Of a DNA stretch of 64,000 nt, positions 22,171-33,829 are shown piece after piece. The translations under genes were made by a program, and so were the position numbers. This stretch comes from Antechinus flavipes (Eukaryota): positions 393,700,001 through 393,764,000 of the forward strand of contig NC_067401.1 of NCBI RefSeq assembly GCF_016432865.1, read 5' to 3'. Under the pieces are notes generated by a model. The model had not been told where the DNA came from, did not search any database, and worked only from the letters and a program-made list of their open reading frames with translations. Each line of letters begins with the position of its first letter. Within the stretch, counting starts at the first letter, position 1.

Positions 22171-22767
22171 GTTATATTCTAACTTTTCTAAACCTCAAAT
22201 GTTTTTGTTTTCTCCATATTCTATATTGCTTGGCTTATAATATAATTGGTTGAGCTTTCAACATAATGGAAAAAACAATTGTCTTTTTAAAAGCTATATT
22301 TTTTTAAGTTCCAAAAACAGGAAAGACTTTAATCTAATCTCTCACTGATATATATATATATATATTTTTTTCTGTTAATAATTGATCTTGTTCTATAAAA
22401 TCATTTTTTTCTAGTGCCTACTTTTTTTTTCTTTTCCTATGTCTTATCCCAATAGCTACTATATATATATATGTATATTAGTGAAAGTTCTAGTTTACTT
22501 TAACCATTACTATTGATAGTTTTTTAAAAAGAAAAAATAGCAGTAAATAACAACCTTTATGTTACTGTAAGTAATTTTTTCCAATGAGATAGTTTTACTC
22601 CAGATGTGGCATTTGATATACTAGGCAGAGAATCTGTACTGGGGAGAGTTAGAAATTTAAAGTGGTAAGGTAACAATTAACACATCCATTACTATATTTT
22701 ATGTTTTTATCTATCCACGAGTAACTGTACTAATTACAGTACTTATTTCTTACATTTTATATTCTAG

Positions 22768-22827
22768 GTTTCAGTGGCCTTGATAAGTCTCTTTGAAACA
22801 GTGTTACTAGGTTATCTGAGTTATAAG
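22768..22827 (+). CDS. KCNT2: KCNT2 coding exon 5 equivalent, 60 nt: VSVALISLFETVLLGYLSYK (S2)
   Basis: tatattctag acceptor, gtaagt donor; near-identical to human KCNT2 and distinct from KCNT1 ([20 protein letters not shown]). Confidence 0.98.
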
Positions 22828-22990
22828 GTAAGTCCTTTTATGTAGTCATTTCTCTGAAAGATAAAACTTTTTTCCGAATTATATGATTTAGAACTGAAAG
22901 GGTCTTTTGAGCTCATTGAATCCAAATACTAATTTTACAAATGAGGAAATTGAGGCCCAGAGAAGTTGTGCCTTTCCTATGTTTACATAA

Positions 22991-22992
<2 letters not shown>

Positions 22993-23040
<48 letters not shown>
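22993..23040. repeat. (TA)24 microsatellite
   Basis: Direct reading. Confidence 0.97.
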
Positions 23041-23043
<3 letters not shown>

Positions 23044-23519
23044 GAAACCCAGTTTTTCTATATTTGGGTATGTTATCCCAATGTTTTTCAACAATGTTTA
23101 TACACATATCTATATATATATATAGCATATATATATCTTTGATGACAAAAATGAGAATATACCTCTAATTCAGGTTAATTTGCTTATTATTATCTATATG
23201 TATCAATGTACTAATATATTATAAATAAGATATAGTTCTGACAGGATAAAAATGGCCTGATGTGATAAACTGTATATTCATTGACAGAGGACAAGTGTGG
23301 ATAATTATGGGGATCACAGGGATAAAGTTTTAAATAATAGAAAATCTTAAAGATTTTCTACTAAGTTAAAGAATGAGAATCTCCATTATTAGAGCAGTGA
23401 TTTGCAGATGAAAACTTTCAAGTATTACTTTCTCCATTACAATTTGATTTCCTTGAGAACAGAGAACACTTCTTCCTAAAATTCTTTTCTATTTGTATCT
23501 TCAGAACTTAGCACAATGC

Positions 23520-23622
23520 TTTTTTGTTGTTGTTGTTGCTGAGGCAATTGGGCTTAAACGACTTGTCCAGGGTCACACAACTAGGACGTGTTCAATGTCC
23601 CAGGCCAGATTTGAACTCAAGT
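23520..23622 (-). mobile_element. 5'-truncated WSINE1 with (TTG)n tail, next to an L2 3' tail
   Basis: TTGTTGTTGCTGAGGCAATTGGGCTTAAACGACTTGTCCAGGG...TTTGAACTC. Confidence 0.85.
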
Positions 23623-24143
23623 GCTTTGTTTTCAAGGAAGCAATCCATTAATTTATTCATTCCTTCAGATGGTTATACCAGTGAAATCATAAGTTATTAA
23701 GAAATAAAAATATTATTATTACAAAAGGATCTTTATATCTATACATGGGAGAGATTAAAGGCTCCCTTAGAATCAGATGCAATTTAAGAAAAATCAAAGC
23801 AATGGTATCAGATCCTGTGTCTCCAAGTTTGTGTGGGGGAAGGAAAATTCTTCTTCACCATGGGGAATAGGAGATAAAATTTAAAAAAATCAATTGGTTT
23901 CAGAATATAAAGAAGGGGAATTTGCATTTGAACTCTACTGGCCTTCATGTACGTGGGGGGAAGTTATTTGAAAATATTCAGAAGGGATATGGAAATAAGG
24001 GATTGGTATAGAGTAGAAGGTTCAGATATGGATAAATATGTATTATTTACCTAGAATTGAGAGTTGAAGCAATGGAAGTAGATTAACTCAAGAAGAAAGA
24101 GTATAAAGGAGTTAGGGATAAGACTTGTATTATGGGAGCAACC

Positions 24144-24440
24144 TGTTAGTGGCTACTGGGTATCTAATCCTGACCAGCAGAATAGATCCCTTTATGTGAG
24201 AGGATAACAAAGCAAGGAGACTGGGGCAGTGGCATTCTTTGACCTCTCTCCTCTTCCCTCTTGCCTCTGATTTATTTCATTCCCAATTCACAAGCAACAT
24301 CTGCGTCAATAAATTTGTTAAAAATAAAATCTGACTTGCAACTCCTTAATTCTATTCTCAAGTATGTTATGATTCATAGCGTGGGGACTTCAGAGAACCA
24401 ACCAGCCCCTTAATGGTACAGTCCCCTTTAATCCTTTACA
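24144..24440 (+). mobile_element. Solo or partial ERV LTR nested in L2
   Basis: TG...CA ends; AATAAA near 24308 and 24322; L2 text on both sides; TSD not recognisable. Confidence 0.55.
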
Positions 24441-25029
24441 AGCTTTCTGGATTTTGAACTTAGGTGTGGTCCTTAACAACTTTGGAAGATGCCTACATTT
24501 AAAAGACAGAAGAAGAAAGAGGAGCCAGTAAAAAGGTCTGAAAAAAAGTGATTAAAAACAGAAAGAAACATATATTGCAGTGTGAAAAAAAATCAAGGAA
24601 GAAAATTCCTAAAAATAAGGAATTAACAGGAAGAAAGAGAAATAAGAAAAGGACAGTTAATATGGGGATTAAGGAGTTCTTTATCACTTTTTAAAAGAAG
24701 AATTTTATAGAACTGCACAATTGAAAACCAGATTTCAGGAGTTTAGGAGCTATATCTCTAGTGATGAAGTGAGAACAGTAAATATAGACTATTAAAAAAC
24801 ATATTGCATGTTACCAAAAAGAGAAAGAAGATAACTGTCAAGAAATCCCCCCATACACATATGTATATATCTATATATTCTTTACATATAGTTATATGCA
24901 TAACTTACATATAGCTATTTATCTTAAGCTGCATTCATTAAAGCTTTACTCTATGGCCTCATCATGATATAGAGATTAATCTAGGCTCTAGTGTCCATCC
25001 TCCTTATCTTGAAAGAATTATTTATATGG

Positions 25030-25240
25030 AATGTTTGACCTGGAGTTAGGAATACCTAAATTCAAATATGTCCTAACTTACTTGCTAGCCACGGGACAAA
25101 CAGATAACTACATCTTTCTGTGTCTTTGTTTCCTTATCCATAAAATGGCTATCATAATAGCAACTACCTCCTGAATTGTGATGATGAGACATTGTTTTTA
25201 AAGTTCTATGTAAACTCTAAGGTACTAAATAGATATTATT
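25030..25240 (+). mobile_element. MIR SINE
   Basis: GACCTGGAGTTAGG...TTTCCTTATCCATAAAATGG core. Confidence 0.7.
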
Positions 25241-25869
25241 AGTTTTTTTTTATTCTGTATATATTTTTATTAGTTATAAGTTGTCTTTCTTGATAAATTA
25301 TCAGTTCCTTGAGAGTAAGATTGGTTTCAATTTTTAAAATTCATGTCCCCACTATCTGCCACAGTACCTGATACATAGTAATTACCCAATAAATACTTGT
25401 TATTTTCTTGGTTGATCAAAACTATGCCAAGGAATATAATCTATCACAATATGGGAATAGTTCTAGTATTTCCCTGGCAACTTATTTACCGTCTTATTCA
25501 AGAACACACCTAGTTATGTCTGGAAAATTATATGATTAGAAAGTTGGCTACTAAATCATCATTATTTAAAATAGCTTACTATTCCTTTCAAATATACAGC
25601 AAAATTATCATGTAGTTAAAAAAATTCATGCTTCCTCCAATATCTTTTTTAAAAGACCACTGACAAAAGCATAAAGATTTGTGTTTTGCTCCAAAGGAGA
25701 ATAGATCTACATGGCTAATATTTTGAAATATTGAAGGATAAAAGAAAGATGAAAAAAATTAAGCAGAGCAAGAGAGAGAGAGAGATTCAGAAAGACAAAG
25801 AAAGAGAATATGTTTCTATAGAGATGTAATGTTGGACTTCAAGTATAGCTTTCAAGAATGAGGAGGTAA

Positions 25870-26290
25870 CATTATTTTGCTGCCCTGGCCTAATCAAATA
25901 ACATCTAAAATATCATTTTCAGTTTTAGATATAACAGTATAAGAAAGATGTAGGTAAGCTAGAAAATATCAAGAGGAAGACAATTAATGTGGTGAAAAGT
26001 TCTGACTATGTCATATTAAGATCTCTTGAAGAAATGTGCAAGTTTAACCTGGGAAAGAGTTGAGGATCTGGTAGCCTATTTGAAGGGGTGGAGGGTAGTA
26101 TTTGCACTGTTTAACCAAATAGGAGGAAAAACAAACAAATAGGAGCAAGGAATAAAAGTTTATTAAAAGACAAATTTAGGCTCATTGTCCAGAAAACCAA
26201 TGAGAACTTTTCCAAATTGGAACAGGCTACCTAGAATTGGGATAAAATTCCCATCATTGACATTCTTCAAAGAAAGACAAATGATGGTTT
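25870..26290 (+). mobile_element. L3/CR1 3' region
   Basis: GTAAGCTAGAAAATATCAAGAGGAAGACAATTAATGTGGTGAAA...TGGAACAGGCTACCTAG. Confidence 0.7.
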
Positions 26291-27175
26291 TCTGTGTTTA
26301 TTTTAGTATGTATTCTATTTTAGGTATCACTTATCTGAGTTCAATGACTGCTGAAGTCCCAAGTCTGTTTTCATATTTTTGTATATTCAAAAGACAGAGA
26401 AGAGACAAAATTAATTGTACAAATTTAACCTTAGAGAATAGGAATCAAAAGCACAGGAGAAAAACACTTATTATTATCACTATTATTTTGGAAAGGATAT
26501 TTCTTAAAATATGTAAGTTGGAAGAAAATGGATTAATTTCTTGAGTTAATGAAAAATATTTATTAAATTCTTTCTATGGGTCAGACATTGTGCTAAGGGG
26601 TAGAAATACAAGTAAAAGCAAGCAACATAGACCATGTCATCAAGGAGCTTCATTTTAATGGGGAAACCATAAAAGAGAGAGTTTAAAGAAGATGGTAGGC
26701 ATTGTTACTTGGTTTAGAAATGGTTGGAAAATGGTGTAGTGATCTGATTCTGGGTAGGATTTTGTAAAATTCATGTATCAGAGCCCAATGTCTCAGGAGT
26801 AGAATTCAAATTCTATTGGGAAGAGAGAAGTAAGATACAAAAACATCTTCAAATGAAGGAAAATTAAATAAAAAGAGCTTGGGTTGGTTTTTATTGCTTA
26901 GGAATGTAAAAGTTATGCAATCTTCCAAGAAGAAGTGGAGAAGGTTTGAATATCTATTTCAGGGAAATAAAATTATTAATAACAAAAGTATGTGCAAAGT
27001 ATCTTGACATTTATTTTAAAATGATTCTGTAGTGAGAAATATAGTCAAATAATGTAGAGCTTTAAAGTGATTTGCTCATTTTTAAAGCCTAAGAAAGAAG
27101 ATTGGATATAATTCACCTCTGAGGTTATGTGAAGTTAATCTATAGTTTTCATTTCAAATACTGGCTACATATGTT

Positions 27176-27178
<3 letters not shown>

Positions 27179-27218
<40 letters not shown>
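27179..27218. repeat. (AC)20 microsatellite
   Basis: Direct reading. Confidence 0.97.
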
Positions 27219-27220
<2 letters not shown>

Positions 27221-29568
27221 ATACTTAAGCTATCTAGAAATAAGAGAAATTGATTGAACTAATTTGAAAAAAAAATATGTATAGTTTAAAAAGTCTTTAC
27301 TCATTATAGCATTAGCTTTATAGACATAGAGCTTGAAGGGATATTAAGGATCATTTAGTCTCATCTCCTCATTTTACAGTTGAGGAAACTAGGACTTCTT
27401 GGGCATACTTACTAACTTGCCTAATAGTGTACAATTAGTAAATAGTAGAGCTGGAATCCAAATTCATTGTTTTTTGTGTGATCTTAAATGTTTAATGAAG
27501 AACTTAAAATTCTATAAGATAATTAAAATTAACCTCCTATTATTTTACAGCTAAATACCTACAATTATACCTAAGCCATGGAGTTAACAAGGACACTCTA
27601 ATTTGAATTAAAAAACAAAACAAAAACAAAAACTTGGATTTCAAGTACTCATGAGTAGTCATACTAAGTAACATTGGCCAAATTACAGCTTTCCTGTGTG
27701 TGTGTTTTTCTGAGAAATTGGAATATATTTCCTGCTATTCAGAGTTATTTTAAGAATAAAATGAGACAATTCATGTAATTGTGGCACTTGGGGAAGTCTC
27801 CCAATTTGCCAAGTTGTTTCCTTAGACAAGGCAACTGCAGAAGTTCAGTGTACTCAGTAGAATTATATCTACTCAAAACCTTGGCTCCCGTTGATGTAAT
27901 TACTTTTATTAATCAGCTAGAGAATACATTTAGTTCAAATCAAAGACATTTAGCAAAGTTGAGGAGAAAGAAAGGCACTAATAAAAAGTTTTTTTCTATA
28001 AACCTGTTTATCTATCTTGGAAATAAACACATCTTTAGTGGGAAAAATGGGCACATTTAAGGAACACATGGGAAGGCACACATAGAGAACAGTATGCAAG
28101 AGAAAGTTGTGTCTCCAGTCTTAAAGTTATGCTACTGTTTTATGCTGTCTTCATATTGCTCTGATTAGAGCTACTCCTCCCCACTCTTGACTCTTCCTCC
28201 ATTATGTGTATTACCTCTGCTAATTCCATAGTTTCTGTAGCATGCTATTAGGCCTTTGCTGTGGACACTGTAGGTCATGACTATATTGGGCACATTATTC
28301 TGTAATTTCTCTCCCCTTCAAACTTCCTTGTAGTCCTTGACTAGAATGTTTTTTCTTCCTCAGGAGAAGTATGGGATCTGCCATGGTTTCTGTCCTTCAT
28401 TCAGAAAAGGAATAACCCTAAATACACTGATCTATCATATCAGAAACCTAGGAGGAAAACTTACGGACTTCATTGATTTTTGTCCCCTCAAGAATGGGAG
28501 GGATCTCTCTGGCCTTTCAAAGTCTTGTCTAGGACAGAATTTAAAACATTTTTTTTTTTTATCCTGGTGCCAGTCTCCTCAGAATACAGAGCTGAATCAT
28601 TCTTGCATAAGAATGATAGCTAACACATCTTTGTTTTTTGTTTCTGTTTTTTTCTATTAAAAAAAAAAAAGAAAGTTAAAAAGTAAAACAATAATTACCA
28701 TACTTTCTCTGCCTTCTTTTTCCTACCCCTTCCTTCACCCAACTTTTATCTTCAGTTCTGGCTTCCTTTTTTTCTCTACTTCTACTCACAGAGGTGGTAC
28801 TCAGCTGAGGAAATGAAATTATCCAAAATATAAGAAAAATGATAAAGAGAGAAATCTAATTATATCTACATTTAATATTAAAATGAGGAGATTTGTGTCC
28901 TTTGTGTTCTGAGCTGATGGGTTTCATTCCCAATTCTTTTAGCCAAATTGGGAAAAGAAATTTCTGATGTCACCAAAGAATGCCTTAATGATGTTATTAA
29001 AACCAGATATTTCCTCTATGTCTGGTAATTCTTTACTTTAGTAAGTCTTTTCCTTAGAGTAAGAGAGGATAGTGTAGGCTTTGATTATCCCTCTGAAATG
29101 AGGTTTAGTCATGAGAATACTTATCTATTCTGATCTACAGTATAGATATAACTGATATATACTGATATATGCTGATAAATATATACTGATACAGTGTAGA
29201 TAAGTAGGAGGTTATTGGCAGGATGATCATGTGGTGATGATGTGCTTGTATGTCTGAGGGAAGGGAATAGGCAAAATAGTGAAATGAAACTAAACCTAGG
29301 TGAAAATTTTAAATTATTTCCTCTTCTTTGTAGCCAAAACTTTTGAACATAAGAGTATAGATTTAGAACTGAAATGGTTTTTAAAGATCAAGACCAGTTC
29401 CTTTATTTTATAAAATGAGGAATCTTAATACACAAAGTTCAGCTACTTGCTCTGGGACATGTCTAGTAAGTATTTGAGATAAGTCAAGAAAACTTAGTTT
29501 TAAATCTAAGCCCAGTAGTCTATTCACTACATTACATTCTTTCAAGATTTGAATTTTTATTACATCAA

Positions 29569-29960
29569 TGTGCAAGACTCTCTTCCCAATCCAATTAACT
29601 AATCAGAGACATCAGGTACAAAGAGAAAGATTTATTTAATCCCTGCAGGGAGAAGCCCAATCACACACCTGGGAGCCATAGTTCCCAACTTCTACCATGT
29701 GCTCCTAGAGCCTAACCTGCTTTGTCCAGGGTTTAAAAGCAAAAGACTCAAGCCTTCTCATTGGATAGACTAACAGAATGTAACCGTCCTTAACCAACGA
29801 TCACTAATGCTGGCTGTCATGTCACTTCCTGCAACTTCCTGCATCTTCAAGTTCAAAGTCCATTCCTTCAGAGAACAAATGACCTCCCAAGCTCCAAAGT
29901 TCTGGAAACAGGGATCATGTGACAATACTGAGAAATATTTCATCCAATCAGTCCCACTCA
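29569..29960 (-). mobile_element. Solo LTR with 4-bp TSD (ERV1-like)
   Basis: TG...CA termini; TSD TCAA at 29565-68 and 29961-64; AATAAA on minus strand near 29633; CCAAT motifs. Confidence 0.85.
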
Positions 29961-31187
29961 TCAATAATATCTAACTATAGATGATTATTATCAACTTCTA
30001 GTCAATTCTTTGTAGTGCCATTAAATGAAAATTTGGTTATTATCATATGAAGTTGAAAGATGGATATCCCACATGAAAGAGGAATAGGATGAGAGCTGAA
30101 TCATGGCTTGAATAGAGGCACAGAAAGGTCCAAACTTTTTTTGAGCAAAGAGGAGTAATATACCTTCATCTTCTAGTCCTCTATCTATTATCTAGAAAAT
30201 GATACCTTTTTTGAATATGTAGAACATATCCTCCAAGGTTTGAAGGAAAAAAGGACTTCTATACTTAAGTGAAAGAAGAAATAATATTAAACAAAATTAA
30301 AGGAAGTAAAATTTTTACAAGTTAGCTGCTAGACTCAAGAATAGCCTAAATTGGGAGGGGATTTTAATTCAAAATCAGTTAAAGAGAATAAAGAGATTTT
30401 TTTGTTTTTAAATAATTTAGAACTCTTGCATTAATATAAATCATCAGAAATGGCCTGTATAAAGAGAATCTGGCCTGAACATGAATCTAAATTTATGAAA
30501 ATGTTTTCTCTACCTTACCAGCTCAAAGACAACATGAAATTAACATTGGCACATTTTACAGAATTCACAGCCCTACTTTAAAATGTCAATATAAAAAACT
30601 GTATTCAAATTAATTTTCCATTGCAATGCCATGGCATTTATAATTAATTATCTCATGTCATTCAAAAATAAAACCAGAGTTTAATGGGGCTTAACTGGCA
30701 TTGCTCCTGTGACACAAGTTCATTTTTCCCTTATGATCTTTCCTTACAACAATTCTAAGCTTTACAACAAGGATAAGGTTTACATGGAAGTATTGTGTGA
30801 GATGAATTTGGATAGAGATTTGGAAATAGAGGAAATGCTATAGGTTAAGAAGTGGAATAGAAAATATGGCTTTGATGTGGAAGTGAGAGAGAATAAATAC
30901 TAAGGTTTTCAGAAATAGGAACTGATAAGGAATTCTCAAATTGGTTAAGTCTTGTTGCTATCAAGATTTAGGCTTAGGAGAGCTATCTGAGGCCTGTCTT
31001 TAAGTGAAAAAAATTTACAACTTTGGAATTCTCTATCTATTTAATACTAGGCCTCTCTCTTCTACAGAATTACTTTCATAAGTTCAACATGGCCACTAAT
31101 AGTTGCTTTTAAAATTGAGCACACAAAACAGAAACAACACCAATAAGAAGAACATGTAAATTTAATGATTCTGCATCAATTCCTATA

Positions 31188-31372
31188 CAGTGATCGATCC
31201 TCAAACTTTAAAAATAGGGGGCCAGTTCACTGTGCCTCAGACTGTTGGAGGGCTGGACTATGGTAAAAACAAAAACTTTGTTTTGTGGGCCTTTAAATAA
31301 AGAAACTGGGTGAGGGGATAAACGTCCTGAGCTGCTGCATCTGGCCCGTGGGCCGTAGTTTAAGGATCCCTG
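31188..31372 (+). mobile_element. OC1 (OposCharlie1)-type non-autonomous hAT MITE
   Basis: TCCTCAAACTTTAAAAATAGGGGGCCAGTTCACTGTGCCTCAGACTGTTGGAGGGCTGGAC...GGCCCGTGGGCCGTAGTTTAAGGATCCCTG matches recalled OC1-NA consensus; TIRs degenerate; TSD not clean. Confidence 0.85.
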
Positions 31373-31439
31373 CATAACCTTTCCCACCAAAAATTTCTTC
31401 CTATAGATACATATGAATAAATACTGACTTGATTTGGTA

Positions 31440-32030
31440 TAAACAATCAATCAAAAATATTAAATGCCTATTATGTGTCAGGCACCATGGTGGGTCTTGT
31501 GGATGAAAAACTCCTTACTCTTATAGAATGTATCTTCTCCATGATGGAAGTAGCATAAATAAAATTAATATACATTAATCATTTGAAGGAAGATACTAGT
31601 AGAGGGGGCATGGGGTTATCAGCTAAGGTTTCATTTAAAAGATGGTAATTGAGCTGAATTTGGCAACTAGGGATCCTAAGAGACAAAGAAGAGGAGGGAG
31701 CAAACTCTAGACATGGGGAATGGTCAATGCAGAGCCAAAGGTACAGGTGATTGAGTAATTGTGAGGAATTCCAGCAAAGTCAGTTGATAAAGCAAAGAGT
31801 ACATGAAGGGAAATATATAATTAGTCTGGAAAGATATATGGGAGCCAGGCTGCAAAGAGCTTTAAATGCCAAGCAAAGTAATTTTGATTTGATCTTAAAA
31901 ATCATTTTTTTGAGTACTGAAGTTATATGATTAGACCTCAGTTTAAGGGAAATTTTTCTTGTCAGCTCTTTGAAAGGAGCATTAACATATGGAGAGACTT
32001 GAGACATAACCAGTCTTTTCAGCAGTCCAG
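31440..32030 (-). mobile_element. L2 3' region
   Basis: TATTATGTGTCAGGCACCATG tail and GGGAGCCAGGCTGCAAAGAGCTTTAAATGCC. Confidence 0.75.
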
Positions 32031-32730
32031 ATAATAAACAGTTGAATTCACATGTGTTGACAAATATATCAAATTTCAGGGCTTCCCTTAAAAGGTAGTA
32101 GCAGTATTGACATCCTTCTTTGGATATCTTATGTGGTCAAGCCCCAATGCCTAGATTTCTCTTCCGCTCTCATATCTTAGATCTTTGAACTGAATAGGCT
32201 AACTAAGCCATCCCTTTAAGTTTTCAATGAGCACATTGAGATGCAGTCGTTAAATACAATAAAGGTGTTGAAAAGAGTAGAGCTGAGATTCAAACCCATC
32301 ATCTCTAATACTAAATGTGGGTTTTCTGTTCCTAAGACATTCTTCCTTTAGCGGTGGCTTAGAAATATAGTCATTCAAAAAGAAATAGAATATCTAGTGG
32401 AGACATCCTGAATTTGCAAAAGTTCAATATACTTCTGACATTCAGATGCTTTAATTTATGAATGGCCACTAAAGTTTGAAAGACAAACAAGTTAGATCAT
32501 AACCCCAATACAGTTAGCCTCTTTGAAGTCTAAATAAAAGATGTCATGGATTACATAATTACTCTTACACTAGAAATTGTGTTAATTTTTTTTTCCTATT
32601 CTACATTGGCTTTCCCTGAAGATTCCAATATTTAGTGTCAATATCAAAAAAATCTCTTTTGATTTGTTTCAATTAAATTCAGAAAAATGTTTATTTATTG
32701 TTTACTAGTTTCATTTATTATGTATTTGGC

Positions 32731-32733
<3 letters not shown>

Positions 32734-32767
<34 letters not shown>
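32734..32767. repeat. (AT)17 microsatellite
   Basis: Direct reading. Confidence 0.95.
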
Positions 32768-32770
<3 letters not shown>

Positions 32771-32837
32771 AAAGTCTGTACTTAAAAAGCCTACATTCCA
32801 CTTTATTTATGTGTTTTCTTTCTGTTTAGGCAATAAA

Positions 32838-33065
32838 GTAGTTTGGTGCATAGAACACTGAGATTGAACTCAGAAAGATGAGTTCAAATCTGGTCTCAGA
32901 CATTTACATTCTGTGTGATTCTCTCTGCCTCAATTTTACCTATAAAATAGAGATTATAAAAGCATCCACTATTTATTTGTGTGTAAGGCTGTTGTGAGGC
33001 TCAAATTACATATTTAATAAGCATTTAATACAATGCCTGGCATACGACATGTTTAATAAATGATT
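32838..33065 (+). mobile_element. MIR SINE
   Basis: B box GAGTTCAAATCTGG, core CTCTGCCTCAATTTTACCTATAAAATAG, L2-like tail. Confidence 0.8.
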
Positions 33066-33829
33066 ATTTTCATCTTTCTTATATGCAAATTGATGGCTTT
33101 CTAATCTCAAAAATAAAATTCACTATTATTTCCAATTTTTTAATTACTATTTTTAGAGGATGTCTTCTATTAATGCAAAGTAGTACCTGTTCTACAGTTT
33201 ATAGTCTAAGATAGTTTCCCGAGGAAAAAAAGCTGAAGTGACATACTTAAGGCAACACAATCAGACTGGTCTAAAAGGGAATTTTAATTCAGGCCTTCTA
33301 GATTCTGAGACCAGGTCACTGACTATTAAGCCATAATGTCAATAATGCTTGATATTTATGTAGCATTTCAAAGTATGCCAAACAATTTATATATTTCATA
33401 TCATCTGTGAGTCACAAAAGAGTCACTATTAGGTAAATGATGCAGGTATTATTTTTCACTGAGACTAAAGAAGTGTTTAAGTGACTTGACAATGATCACA
33501 TAGCAGTGATATTAGTGAGAATGGAACTCATATTGTCTTGATTCCAAGTCCAGAGCTGTATCATTATTCATTATTTTACCTTTCTTTGAAGACTTAGAGC
33601 TCTATTGATAATGAAATGAGAAATCTGCAATGAGAAATCTGCATATTTATTTAGAGTTTATTTCAGAGTTAGTAACACATGAACCTAGAATAAAAAAAAA
33701 AGGCAAATTGTTTTGGGCTTTCTGCCATTAATGAAAATTTGTCTTCATTTGCTGTTTCATTTAGATTTATACTTAGTATGCAAAATATACCAGTTATGAT
33801 CACCTTCAGCTGTCATCATAAATAATCTC

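Noticed and set aside
22171-22185. ATATTCT after the exon-4 donor resembling a U12 AT-AC 5' site
   Set aside because: Does not match ATATCCTT, no AC acceptor at the right place, and the GT-AG reading gives the correct protein
28337-28660. 107-aa ORF with a good acceptor (TTTTTTCTTCCTCAG, 28363) open in exon-5 phase
   Set aside because: No in-frame consensus donor found, no recognisable homology, and it runs through T homopolymers
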